DNA of 64,000 nt, from assembly GCF_021869535.1 (NCBI RefSeq), contig NW_026262637.1, forward strand, positions 2,604,001 through 2,668,000, read 5' to 3'. Positions 1-12,795 of the stretch are shown here, in pieces. Under the pieces are notes generated by a model. It was not told the DNA's origin, did no database searches, and saw nothing but the letters and a program-made list of their open reading frames with translations. The stretch comes from Mytilus californianus (Eukaryota). Position numbers and translations under genes: made by a program. Numbering within the stretch: position 1 is the stretch's first letter; each line of letters begins with the position of its first letter.

Positions 1-689
1 ATTTATAAAGAGTCCCATCAATGATTTCTATAGAAAGCATTGTTCTTATGAAATGGATCTCAAACAGACATGCATAATATAGATTTAAACATTTTTTCTT
101 GTTCTATGATTTCTTGAGAAAAAAATCAGGAGGGAATTATCACAAATATTCAATTTTGATAAAAAAAAATATGAATTTCAACACTCAATTTTGAATAAAA
201 AATGTTTTTGGTTGTTCTAAAAAAATGAATAAGTTTTTGAATCAAGATGGGATTAAATTCTTTGACCCAAACGAAGGCCCCCCTTTTTTTTAGCCACACA
301 CACGCACAAGATGAATTGTGGGGTCCAATAGAGACACATTTTAAAACTGCTTCAGGTCACCCGTTTTAGTCAAGCAAATTTGACTGGCACTTTTTCGAAC
401 GGCAAAAATATAAATGCTGTTTGTCAGTAACTTTGACATATATTCCAAGTGAAAACAATTAATTTAACGTTTGATAAAAATAAATCAAAATTAAACTACA
501 TTGGGGGTCATTCGGGGTATTACCACTTAGGTGCTCCCAAAGGGTATCTTACTATACAAAATTAATCCTTGATTCTTCAAAGTTGAATTTAGCGATAATA
601 AAAAAGAGTAAATAACAGCAATAGAAAGTCATAAACAATGCAGAATGTGTCTGTACACATTTTAGGCGAAATTTATACTGTTGAAATAG

Positions 690-1116
690 TGTCAAGACAT
701 CTTTAAGACAGTCAAGAATGTGTCGAGATATATTCAGACAGCTTTAAGACTGTCAAGAATGTGTCAAGACATATTCAGATATTATTTAGAATGTCAAGAA
801 TATGTCAAGACATATTCAGACATTATTAGGAATGTCAAGAACATGTCAAGATTAATCGAGACAAATTTAAGACAGTCAAGAATTGGTCGAGACTAATCAA
901 GACTCTTATCAGATGATACAGGAAGTATCGAGAAATTTTCAGACAATGTTCATACTGTCAAGACACTTGTCAAGAAAAATCAAGAACCTTATTAGACATA
1001 CTCATACTATATTAAGAATTTTTAAAAATAATTCAGAAAAATAAAGAATGTCGAGTAAAAATTCATGCAAATTCAGACAAAAAGGGGTCTTTTCAGACTT
1101 TTTGACTTTTGTAGTG
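690..1116. mobile_element. CACTA/EnSpm-like non-autonomous remnant with ~40-bp degenerate GTCAAGA repeats
   Basis: Repeated gtcaagac/gtcgaga motifs end in TTTTGTAGTG (reverse complement CACTACAAAA) at 1107-1116. The other terminus was not found. Confidence 0.45.
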
Positions 1117-1149
1117 CAGAGAACAATAGTATAATACAATGACATATAA

Positions 1150-1536
1150 AGTTATGACACTATATTTGATCGAATATTCCATGCAGCTTTTACATAATTA
1201 CATATTAATTGAAACATAGTATATTCATGGATCGTATTAAGACCGAAATGCGATCGGAAAGATCTTGGTAGAATTGAACAGAGATCATGTAAGTCGTGGT
1301 AAGGTCTTATCAAACATAGCAAGCGCGTGACAATTTCGTTACTTAAATGTGTCACCGTCGTAGCGGAATCGTAGCGGAATCGTAGCATGATCTTATCAGG
1401 ATCGTAGAAAAGTCGTGATATAAACATGAAAACTATAAAATATTGATTTCAGAACCGACCACACCACGAGCTCACCACTATCTTATAGATCATAGTGGGA
1501 TCTTCATGGGCGTGGTCTAGTTTGATGGTAGCTTAA
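1150..1536. mobile_element. Degenerate non-autonomous DNA element with ATCGTAG-type internal repeats
   Basis: Repeats of atcgtag/cgtagcggaat; ends ...ctagtttgatggtagcTTAA. The matching left end is unclear. Confidence 0.3.
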
Positions 1537-1584
1537 ACTTGTTTGACGCATGATCATGATATTTCTAAAGACATTTTTATAAAA

Positions 1585-1955
1585 ATGAAGATGGTGTGTT
1601 ATTGCCAATGAGATAACTCTTCAAAAGAAACTAAATGACACAGAAATCAATAACTGAAGGTCACCGTATGACCTTCAACAATGAGCAAAGCCCATACCGC
1701 ATAGCCACTATAAAAAGCCCCGAACTGACAAATGCAAAACAATTCAAACGAGAAAACTAACGGCCTTATTTATTAACAAAACAATGAACGAAAAAGAAAT
1801 ATGTAACATAGCAACAAACGACAACCACTTTGATTACAGGCTCTTGACTTTTGACCGGCAATTACATAAGACTGTGGCAGCATTTAACAGATTAGCGGGA
1901 TTCTAAACTTCCACCTAACGTGGGACAGTGATGTGACTGTACAACGAGCTATAAT
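1585..1955 (+). repeat. Interspersed repeat family M1 (my label; AAGATGTGGTATGATTGCCAATGAGACAACTCTCC head)
   Basis: Same sequence recurs at ~18300-18540(-), 21625-21810(+), 22390-22695(-), 24362-24830(+), 26620-26810(-), 44860-45235(+) and 46480-46770(+), with short heads at ~34265, 46125, 47500 and 63260. Confidence 0.85.
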
Positions 1956-4407
1956 AATCAATTATCACACCCGGGTAATTACACACCCACCAACAGAAAT
2001 TAAATAAGTATATATCTGCGAGTGCTTGTAGTTGACGACTAGTTCAAAGCCAATCAAAAATAATAACAATATCAAGGCATCTAAGACTAAATTAGCAATC
2101 AGTACACTTTCAACATCCCCAGGATCTAGTGTAAAGACGTCATACACAGTCAGGTAAAAACATGATATTGTGCAATGGAAAGATATCATCATAGTATCGA
2201 CAGATTGTAGATCTGTAAATATGTTCTCTTTTCGATAAGTTTCAGATATTTAGAATGCTTGATCCTTGTCTTAATTCACATATACCACATTCTTCTTAAA
2301 TCATAGTTAATACGTCCTATGAACTATTATGCTGAACGGAAAGATACTGAAAATCATCTTACAACAGCAAATTATATCATATGACACCGCATATAAATGT
2401 ATTATTCTTATAAATGATTTAAGGGCAAATCAAGAGGTAATATATAGTTTCATGCAGGTTTCAAATCGAAAAAATCAAAAGGCATTTAACAATGACATTG
2501 AAGAGTTTTTGTCGTAATACAAATCGTTTTACAAAACATTTTGTATGTAACATTCAAGTTATAAGAATGTTACCACCTCTTTTTTTAAAGAGTTTTTTTT
2601 TATGTCAATACTAACTTTATCATCGAATTTTTACTGAATTCCAAACAATCAAAAACATAAGAAAGTAAACAAAACCACTTGTATTAACCGAATCCCTTTA
2701 AATTGGACGAGTCTAAATATGTTAAGCTTTTAAAAACTAAATACTATTCAAATTCCCTCTCCTATTAGTTTTCCTGTAAATGATACAATATAACCCCTTA
2801 TGTGGACTACGGGAACCTTTTTGAATGTTAAAAACAAAACAAAAGTAAATACAAAGAGAAAAATCATGGAAGAAATGTTAAGATTTCACTGAAAAATTCA
2901 AATGTAAATAAAAATGAATTATATAAATAATAGAAAACTATTTGAACCAATTATAAACTGAAGACAAATGATGATACATCACTAAAAGAAGCTGATTGAT
3001 TGCTTGCTCCCTTAATGTCCAGTGGAAATATGTCATACATATTCACGACGAAATACAGTGGACCAACCTGAAGCAACTTATTACTAAGTAAGAAAAAATA
3101 TCTATACAAACACAATTCCTTTACAATACCAATTTTACATTCGTCTACGTGTCTATCAATAAAACACATCTATTTTTTATTTTTAACAAAAGTTCCTGTG
3201 ATAATATAAACGCTACAAGATATAAATCACTTTTTGTGGCGTCGATCCATGCATGTGACGCGCAGTGTTTAATTCTTTTGAGGTTCCTGTGGGATATCAT
3301 TAGTTCGAGGGATGTATTCGTTGTTATTCTCCGTTTTACATATTGTTATGCACTATTTCATTGTGATATTTGTATCTTGCGTTTTTTGGTAATGTAATCA
3401 TTATTTTTGACGTTATCATATAAGCGAGCGTAAAACCATCTTCAACCCACCAATTTGTATTTTAATGTTCTGTATTGAGTCAAGTATAATCAGTTGCTAT
3501 GAAATAGTCCGTTTCCATGTATGTCGGCGTTTAGTTATGCTGGAGTTTTGAGGTTTCAGTTGTTCAGATCGAGTTGTAAGGTCATATAAGTATAATTTTA
3601 CGAAAATTTAATTAATGTCATTATGAGATTTCTTAACAGTTATCACATATTTATGTCACAGATTACTACCTATATGCATTTGTCAGAGCCACACTCCTGC
3701 CCTATAGTCTCAAATGTTACATAATTTCACATGTAGTAAGTATTATTGTCTATTGTCACTGGTTTTTGGCGGTTCCTGATCGGCTCATGTATTTTGATTA
3801 GTTTAAACAATATGTATTCAGTTAAATTATCACAAAATGATATGATACAAATAAAATTAATGTTAAGGATTCAGACAAATCTGTCTCCCTTTACTTAAAT
3901 AAAATATTGTGTTTTTCTTTTTTCATATATCAGACAAAAATGCATTTTGTTTGTTCCTTTCGTATTTTTCACCTTAGTAAAAAACGAATTAGCCATTTTG
4001 ACATTTGATAGCCTTGATAAACAATAATTACAGTAGTTTCTTATCCATGTTCTAATCTTTTACAAATATTAATAATTTCGCGACAAAAGAAACAATACTA
4101 TTACCAAAAAAAAACATACAAGTGCAAGATTTCATAATTCTTAACAGAAAGAGTAGTTGTGCATAATAATAGTCAAAAGCCAAACAATCTACAATCGGTT
4201 GTCGCGCTTCACCACTTGTTTTAATATTGTTTTTTTTATTTATCATAGACACTACATCTTTCTTCCAACGTATTTAACGGATTTAGAAACAGATACAGGT
4301 AATATTTGTTACGCATTTAAACAATGATTTTCACTCCAACGTTTTCAGACGATGTGAATATTGTTTGGAATGACTTATGGGAGATAAATAAAGATTCTAC
4401 CACTGCA

Positions 4408-4535
4408 TCGAGTGTGATACGATATTTATCAACTCGAGACCTTTAAATTTTCAAATTTAAAACGCGAGGCTCGCCGAGCGTTTCAAATATTTAAAATTTA
4501 ACTGTCGAGAGTGGATAAATATCGTATTACACGAG
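4408..4535. repeat. Fold-back palindrome with ~60-bp arms around a GAGGCTCGCCGAG centre, inside an ~850-bp insertion (~4385-5240)
   Basis: cgagtgtgatacgatatttatcaactcgagac... is inverted as ...gtcgagagtggataaatatcgtattacacgag. The block is absent from the paralogous intron near 15200. Confidence 0.75.
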
Positions 4536-5920
4536 ATTTGGTTGTGAAAGCTGTTTCTCTAATGATTTTTAAACAATATGCAGACAAATTCAATACTTCT
4601 TTTCAAATGATCTGCAAAAAGATGTGTTCTTTCTATGTGATGTCATCAGGCATGGTCGCCTTCTTTCGTGCCGTCACAATAGGAAATTCAGAGGAAAGCA
4701 AGAAAATTCGACGTCATAATCGAATTTTGACCAATGATGAACTTAGATAAAATGATCTACATGTTGATGAAATAAAAATAATCAACATGTCAGGAAAGGG
4801 ATAAATCGTGTAAGAATTAGAGAATTTGAACTGAAATGTTGTGCTATCATATCATATCATACAAATGTATTATAGCAAAGTTTGAATCAGGTTAATAAGT
4901 GGGACTCGAGAAGTAACGAGTATTGGATAAGACTATTAATAATGCAGCACAAAAATTAACAGCTGATATAGAAAGATACATCCTATAAACTTTAACATTT
5001 TTCAAAAATATATATGTATATCTTGTATTGATAACGGCTAATGAACTTCTTGAATAAGAAAATCACAAAAAAACAGATCCCAACCGAAAACCATATTCGA
5101 ATGAATGCAGAGGCAAAACCTGCACTAATCTTGGTTGCCCATCAACATCGTAACACAATGTCATCTTTCAGTAGAATATGTCAAAATCATTTTTTTCGAT
5201 CTGCGTTGCAAAATTGCACGAGTCGAACCTCAAATCCAAGAATCTGAATGTAACATGTGTAATGTATCTAATTGCTAAACATGTGTTATCAATTAAACTG
5301 AAAACAAAATGCTGCAAGTCCCGTGTCGATTATTCTAGTTTGTAAATGTTGTATATTTAAAATAAAAATACGAGAGATATTTGAGATTCGTGCAACTGTT
5401 TGCCCTGTTGCCATAACTTAAGAATGGTTTTCGAGTTTTAAATTCTATAAAACATCAATATTTGTAGAATTGTTTTGCCGTACAAAACGTTGTTGGCAGC
5501 TGTTTTTGTCTTCATGTTTTTTTCATTTATCAGCAACAAATATTTGCTGGGTTTGCAATTTACATCCCGTAAACAGTTTGAAGTCGTTGTACATTTACAA
5601 TTCCCTTATAAATCCAACATGATTCAACTCATAGTATTATACAGATAACATCCTGTTTACTTTTGTATTTCCTTTAAATTGTAAGATTTAGATCTTCATT
5701 CACTGTTAAGGTTTTTGCAAACAATTTCGAAAGCGTCATGTTGCTTAGTACGCAAAATGTTTCAAACTCACTTTGTATCTAAGTATTTATTTCCTTTTTT
5801 ATTATATTGCAGAAAATATATCATTGACCCCTTTTCAATTTATCATGTAAAATTAACATGTTAGGTCCGTATCTATGATGTCAATAATCAAAACTTGCAT
5901 TTCTTATTAATACTTCTTAA

Positions 5921-6447
5921 GGCCATACGATACAGTTTTGATTCTATATTGAAATTTTGATGAACATTTGCATCTAGGCTATTTTTCACCTGATTAAATC
6001 AAATATGTAATAAAAAATATACCTTCATGAGCTATTTTTTGTGTAAAATGAGGTAGAAATTTCAGATATTTGTTCAAAATTCGGATTTGTTGCCGTATGT
6101 TTCCTTTCGAAAGAATTACATAACTTTTTTTGTTTTAATAGATAAACACAAGCTTTTTTGTGTTAAATTATTTGTCATATCTATTCTATAGAAGTATACT
6201 ATAAATATGTGGATTTTTTCTTTTCAATAACTCGTTTATCAAATATTCTTGAATTTAAAAAAAAATGCATTATTGACTTTTTTATGAAAATTGATACACA
6301 TAATTTGCATACATATTTAAATCAGTTTGAATGATAAAATTCAGTCGAAAAATGCATCTTTTCCCAATATGTCAAAGTTTGACGTCGCGAAAATAACATC
6401 TTACGTTAGCAACGTCATTACCTCCCCTGTAACTGTATCGTATGCCC
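5921..6447. mobile_element. Kolobok-like MITE with 17-bp TIRs and TTAA TSD
   Basis: TTAA(5917-5920)-GGCCATACGATACAGTT ... AACTGTATCGTATGCCC-TTAA(6448-6451), one mismatch between TIRs. Confidence 0.8.
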
Positions 6448-6746
6448 TTAACACAAGTGTTTTCATGTAATCTCTTCCACATTTTTACAAATAATATCAT
6501 GCGTTTGTTAATCGTTGTAGCATATCTGAACCACAGCTGGACATTGTTGCATTTACCTACATTTTGACAAAAACACAAATCAGTTCAAGGACAAGACCGA
6601 GGCTGGCATGCCTTTTTCCCTTTACTCTAACAAATAAGATCTTGTAGAAAGTCTGATGCCATTTATTCGGCAAAGAAACTGACTCTTTACTTGTCAATTT
6701 TCTAACAAAAGGCACATGGAGAGTCATTATTTTGGTTGGCCCGATT

Positions 6747-9700
6747 GTTTTTTTTTTTGTTTTTTTTTAACATTAACAAATTCTTTATTGCACTAGTATC
6801 TAGTTGTTAACAACTGCCCTATATAGTACAACCATTATATATAGGTTTATCCCTGTGTGTTAATCGTCAAATGAACCCGGGGATTGACTTGACGAGATTA
6901 TATATTCTTCATTGTTAGAATAATTTACATTTGCATTTTACATTCATTTTGCGGATATCTGTTTTCTCCGTTTACGGTTTGTTATTTACAGTGATTTATT
7001 TATAAACCCTACAACACGTGTGATTTTCCGTTGGATAAATTTTGTCTATCATATTCTATCAAGGTAAGTTTCAAATATAATTGCCACTATGATTAAGATG
7101 ACTTAATGTATGATGTTCTTCTATGTGTATATATTTCTATTTGAAATGTCTTCAATCTTTGATATGATCTGATATTATTCTACGTTCACTGAAACGAAAG
7201 TAGATATTTCAACATGTTTGATTTCTTCAAAATTGAAAATAAGAAGATATATTGCTAATTTAGAAAACCGCTTTGTGTCCTTTGCTAATTTCATTTGGAT
7301 AATATTACAGAAAAATATCTTTCAGAAAAAAATGAGTGAATTTTAAAATGCTTTCTCTTTTTTTATTTAAGTTACCAATTTTTAATAGACGATTCCATTT
7401 TAAGAATCCTAGTGGTGTCTCTTTACCCTACACTTTAATAAATTTATAAATATTTTTTGTTTCCATATTATTTAATAAAAGTTCCGGTCGACTATTTATT
7501 TTGATGTTCAGCTTGGTTAAAACTTTAGTCTTAACTGAATTCTCATGCTGAATCATTGTTTTCCATTTTATTGGAATAGCATTTTTAAGTTTTAGCATTT
7601 CGGCAATCCAATTAGTTTTGTTTTTTAATTTCTCAAGTACTACCTTTTCTGATATTTTTCCATTAGTATCTAATATGTCATTTATATGAATTATTTTACT
7701 ATCAATCCAATTTTTAAAAACAAGGCATTTACCCTTATCTTTTATTTAGTTATTCCCCCATATAATCTGTTGTCGGATTGATCTAAAGTTTTCAGGTGTT
7801 GCAGTTTTCCCCTCTGTATATTTTATCCATGTTTTTATTATTTCTAAGTAGAAGTCTGGTATTTTGTACTTACCTATGTTAGATATTGAATTCATATTTT
7901 CTATGTTCATATTAAAAATAAGAATTTTTTTTCCAAAGTTATTAAAGAAGAATCTTGGTATAACTTTCCAGTTAGAGGTTTCAGAAGATTTTAATCTTTT
8001 GACCCATCCTATTTGAATTGCTTCAATTTGTTTTACAATGTCTGTCATATTTAGACCACCTTGTAACATTGGGGTACATAATACAGTTCTTTTCACTTTT
8101 TCATTTCGATTGTTCCAAATGAAATCAAAAATAATTTTATTAAATTGTGTTAAATGATCCTTATCTATATTGGATACTGTTGCTAAATATGTCAAGTTTG
8201 GGATGATGAGAGTTTTAACAACCGTTATTCGACCTATCATCGTTAGATTTCTTTTCTTCCAAGTATTTAATATTTTTTCTCATTTTTGGAACTGTTTATC
8301 AAAATTTAACTTTTGACACTCTTTTTTGTTCAAACCAAAATATATTCCTAAAGACTTAATTGGTCCATATGTCCAATTAATGTTTTCAAATTTGTCTATG
8401 CTGTGTTTTTGCTTACCTAACCATATTCCTTCAGTTTTTGTTCTATTCAGTTTTACCCCTTAGAATGTTGCAAATTTTTCTATTACATTTAGTATTTTAG
8501 ATATTTCATTTCTATTTTTTAGAAATAAGGTTGTGTCGTCTGCTATTTGTGATATTTTGAGACTATGTGATTTTCCATCAATTTTTATTTCAAACCCTTT
8601 TATATTAGAATCTTGTCTGATTTTACAGGCCAATATTTCTACAGCTATTACAAAAATTAGAGCGCTGCAAGGACATCCTTGTCGGATTCCTCTAAAAATA
8701 GATACGGGTTCTGATATCCAACCATTATTTGTAACAGAGCATTTAACATCATTGTAGATAGTTTTAATCCATTTCAAAATTGATTTTTGAAAGCCAAATT
8801 TTTGTAATGCCGAGTGCATAAATTCCCATTCAAGTGTATCAAACGCTTTGGAGAAGTCTAAAAATAACAAGGCTCCTTCTATTTTGAATGATTCAGCATA
8901 GTCTATGATATCCTGAATTTGTCTTACATTATACCCAATATAGCGATTTGCAATATAACCATTTTGGTCGGCACTAATGATTTTTGGTAGAATATTCTTA
9001 ATTCTTTGTGCAAGGGTATATGCAATCAGTTTTGTGTCAACATTTAGCAGTGTTATAGGTCTGTAGTTTTCTAAGAGTAAAGGATCATTTTTTTTTTTTG
9101 TGAATAAGGGAGATAATCCCCAGTTTTTGTGTTTCAGTTAGTTCCCCTTTTTCATAACATTTATTAAATGTATATACTGCAAATTCTTTGAGCTCACCCC
9201 AAAAGGTTTGATAAAATTCAACACTGAGACCATCTGACCCTGGAGAACGGTTTAATTCATTTTATATAAGGCTTTTGTGCATTCTTCCATGCTTATTTCT
9301 CCCTCTAAAGTATAACTTCCTTTTTCTGATAGCTTGTGGTCTATTTCAATTTCTGCAATGTATTCTTCTACATTTGGTTTTTATTTGGACTAGAGCTTTT
9401 GTAAATATCTTGATAGTATTTTCGTTTTATTTGTAAACTTGAATCTGTATCAGTATATATTACGCCATTTTTGTCTTTCAATGCTGTAATAGTCTTTTTT
9501 GATTGTCTTGATTTTTCTAAACCTAAGAAGAATTTAGTGTTTTTCTTCCCGTCCTCTATCCATTTTATTTTAGATCTTACTTGGGCACCCTTTGTTTTAT
9601 TAATATATAGTATTTCTATATTCTTTTCTACATTGTCAATTTCATTTTTTAATATACTCATATAGTTGTTATCTTTAGTCTCATTATTAATAAGATTATT

Positions 9701-10276
9701 AAGTTTGCCTAATTTTGTTTCTAAATTTATTATTATATCTTTATTTTTCTTTGCTTTTCTTTTACAGAAACCTATGGTATGTTCTCGTGTCTCAGTTTTA
9801 AATAAGTTCCATAGTACTGATGGATCCTTGGTATGTATTTTACTTTTATATTTATTGATTAATTTGTTTATCATCATTTTATAATTATTATCTTGAAGAA
9901 TGCTATTGTTTAGCTTAAAGAACCCTTTACCTTTATTTTGTGGACGTTCTTTAATTTTTAGTGATATTGCTTGGTGATCAGTATGTGTTATCATTGCTGG
10001 TCTAATATCAGCTGAGAATACCAGTGTTCTTAGTTCTGTACTGATCAGAAAGTAGTCTATGCGAGTGGCTTCTTTGTCACTGTTTTTTCTTTTCCATGTA
10101 AACTGTTTAGTTGCAACGTTTAATTCTCTCCAAATGTCAATGAGTTTTAAAGTTTTTATCATCATTTTAAATTGTTTACTGGTTTTCTATTTTTTTTGTC
10201 CAGGTTTAAAGTTTTTATTGTCTTTATTTGATAAAATGTCATTCATATCTCCTCCTATTATTAGCATTCCTAAACT
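6747..10276 (-). mobile_element. 5'-truncated L1/Tx1-clade LINE with frameshifted ORF2 (EN C-terminal half, RT, C-terminus)
   Basis: EN motifs IIGGDMND, IDIWRE and RIDYFLIS; RT motifs NYRPITLLNVD, LDFSKAFD, RGIRQGCP and QIADDTT. AATAAA at 6784-6789 precedes an A-rich tail at ~6747-6768. TSD ATTATTTTGGTTGGCCCGATT at 6726-6746 and 10277-10297. Confidence 0.93.
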
Positions 10277-10489
10277 ATTATTTTGGTTGGCCCGATTTAA
10301 CGACACTCAAACTTTGCTTTGCCACATTTCATGTAGTACTTGTTGCTAAATTACTAAATCACATGACGGAAGCTTATATATTAGGTATAACATATTGTTA
10401 AAGTTAAATCAAGATGGCACATTCTTTGTAAGGGAAATACTATCATGTCAGTAGATATACTAACATGATTACAATTTTTGTTTACTTAC

Positions 10490-10561
10490 AAATATTTCAA
10501 TGCCACATTGTTCCTGAAAACATCATCAGGTACGATGGTTAATTTGTTGTTCGCTAAATCC
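10490..10561 (-). CDS. LRR gene exon 9 (72 nt, A-type): DLANNKLTIVPDDVFRNNVALKY
   Basis: ttcattttAG acceptor, GTAAGT donor, phase 2/2, fits the xLxxNxLxxLPxxxFxxxxxLxxL consensus. Confidence 0.88.
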
Positions 10562-11282
10562 CTAAAATGAATAAAACAAATCCGTTTATTTTCTTCAATT
10601 AAATGACTGAGGTTTCGAAAATTTACTGAAACACAGCAGTACTTTTAAAAGCGTAATTTTATATATATAAATACATGAAACGTACCAAAAATTAAGGAAG
10701 AACTACTAATATTTAAACCAACGCAAATCTATTTATTTTACAGCCAATAACGCATTTTTTCTGATAGCAACTTATGAAATATTACATATTAAATATGATA
10801 GTTGTTGATACTTAAAGATACATTTATAAGGATACATACAGATATAGAAGTCTTTACAAAGGACCAACCAGCAAACTTAATATGAACCGGATCGAATAGT
10901 GTAGACAACACTGTACATATATATAAAATGTATATATATATATATAATGAACTAATTTTTGAATGATTATCATCCAAAGGAAACAGAAAATTAAAAAATA
11001 TATATATATTATGTCTATGTTTTGAATGTCGATACTTTTTGCTATGATGTACCATTTGTATTAAAGCTCTAAACTACTTTGTGCTCTTTCATTTATTACA
11101 GATTTCACTTGCAGTATACATGAAACTGTGATTACCATCTGACTGTTATAATTAATTTGTCTTCATAGAACTTTTATGTTCCGTACAAAACAAACAGCAA
11201 TTATTTGGATAAAGGTTTCCATAGCCTAAGAAATTTGTTATTAGGTATATACTATCATGTTAGCAAACAATAATTAACTTAC

Positions 11283-11351
11283 AAAATTAAAAGCACATTG
11301 TTCCTGAAAACAGCACCAGGCACGCTTGTTAATTTGTTGTTCGATAAATTC
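11283..11351 (-). CDS. LRR gene exon 8 (69 nt, B-type): NLSNNKLTSVPGAVFRNNVLLI
   Basis: ttatttaatgcAG acceptor, GTAAGT donor, in frame but one codon shorter than its siblings. Confidence 0.8.
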
Positions 11352-11941
11352 CTGCATTAAATAAAATAAACCTAGATTTGTTTTCTAAATAAATAAATAA
11401 ATTTCATAAATTGTGATTTAGTTGTCGGAGTCACAATCCTGTCTTATAGTCTCGATTGTCACATATTTTAATATTAGTAAGACTTATCCTTGTCTCCTAC
11501 AATGGTCAACACGATCGGTCTAACATATAGACCACGCACTGCTAACATTACCAAAGCAACTGAGATTACCCTCTCCAGTGTGGGTTAAATGTTGGTCAAT
11601 TATATTTAGTGTATGTATCTTTTTTAATACAGTTGTCTGTCATATATACTATAGATGAATCGAAGTCAGTATTTTTACTTTCATGTTCAAAATTTATTTT
11701 TAATGATTGGTTTTGAATTAAAAGTAATGAAAATATGCACAGTCAATCATCCAATTCAATGTACACGGATTATGTTAGAGGTGATAAATGTTCGATTATT
11801 ATATTTAATTTGTCTCCATTGAGCTTATATATTAGGTATAACATATTGCTGAGGTTAAGATATCAGGATGACACATGTTTGTAGGGAAATAATAGTATGT
11901 CAGTAAATATACTAACATGATTACAGTTATTATTTACTTAC

Positions 11942-12013
11942 AAATCTTCCAAGGCCACATTGTTCCTGAAAACACCATCAGGTACGATGGTTAGTTTGTT
12001 GTTCGATAAACTC
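11942..12013 (-). CDS. LRR gene exon 7 (72 nt, B/A hybrid): SLSNNKLTIVPDGVFRNNVALED
   Basis: tttatttaatgtAG acceptor, GTAAGT donor, phase 2/2. Confidence 0.88.
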
Positions 12014-12339
12014 CTACATTAAATAAAACAAACCCAGATTTGTTTTCTAAATAAATAAATTAGAATTTGAAAACTTACAAAAAATAGAGGAAGTACTGAT
12101 AGGAGAGTAATTCCTATTCATCAAAAGAAGTAAAATTGAAGTATTCTTTTCGAAAATGTTAAGTATGTCATCATGATATTTTTTAACATATTTATGTCAC
12201 AAATAAATATACATATGTGATCAAATTGTCGGACATATGTGATCAAATTGTCGGAGTCACAGTCCTGTCCTATAGTCTCGATTTTTTCACATATTCTAAC
12301 ATAAGTAAAACGTATTGTTGTCTGTTACCATGGGAAAGC

Positions 12340-12774
12340 CATTAAACAAAGAGTTCCAAATGGTGAAGTCGAAATCATCCCTTCGTAAATTTTACGGACG
12401 CCATCACGAGTTTGTTGACCGTTAAAAATATCCGTTTCACAGATGATATCGGATATGTTCCTTATGTCGTCACTACAATTCCATTCCCTTTTCATGAATG
12501 TGACCTACCGAATTGGAATATATACCGGGTTTTTAATAACACATGCAACACGACGGGTGCCACATGTGGGGCAGTGTCTGCTTATCCTTCCGGATCACCT
12601 GATATCACCCCCGTTTTTGGCGGGGGTCCTGTAGCTTAGTCTTTAGTTTTCTATGTTGTGACTTGTGGATTATTATTTGTCTGTTTGATTTTTTTCCTTT
12701 TTGTAGCCTTGGCGTATTCAGTTTATTTTCTATCTATGAATTTTTATGTCCCTCAGGTATCTTTTGCCCTTCTT
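12340..12774 (+). mobile_element. 3' end of Penelope-like retroelement (RT C-terminus KFYGRHHE plus 3' tail)
   Basis: gagttccaaatggtgaag...cgtaaattttacggacgccatcacgag and a tail matching 37920-38390, 33345-33600(-) and 16195-16305. Confidence 0.75.
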
Positions 12775-12795
12775 TAGATTGTTGTTCGATAACTC
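12775..12795 (-). pseudogene. Broken LRR exon remnant (A-type acceptor plus first ~21 nt)
   Basis: ttattcaattgaAG|GAGTTATCGAACAACAATCTA carries a 1-nt deletion versus siblings. The rest is replaced by the Penelope-like insertion. Confidence 0.7.

Noticed and set aside
553-650. Hydrophobic AG/GT-bounded open frame (THSALFMTFYCCYLLFFIIAKF...)
   Set aside because: Typical of the reverse strand of A-rich DNA; no recognisable domain and no phase link to the LRR gene.
5160-5244. FLDLRF...IEKNDF LRR-like peptide after an AG on the minus strand
   Set aside because: Spacing does not fit the LRR consensus, it reaches TGA, and it lies in an insertion absent from sister intron units.
11490-11590. tRNA-like or SINE-like fragments (also ~14520, 60260, 61520, 63370)
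   Set aside because: Too decayed to show A/B boxes or a cloverleaf; not called as tRNA genes.
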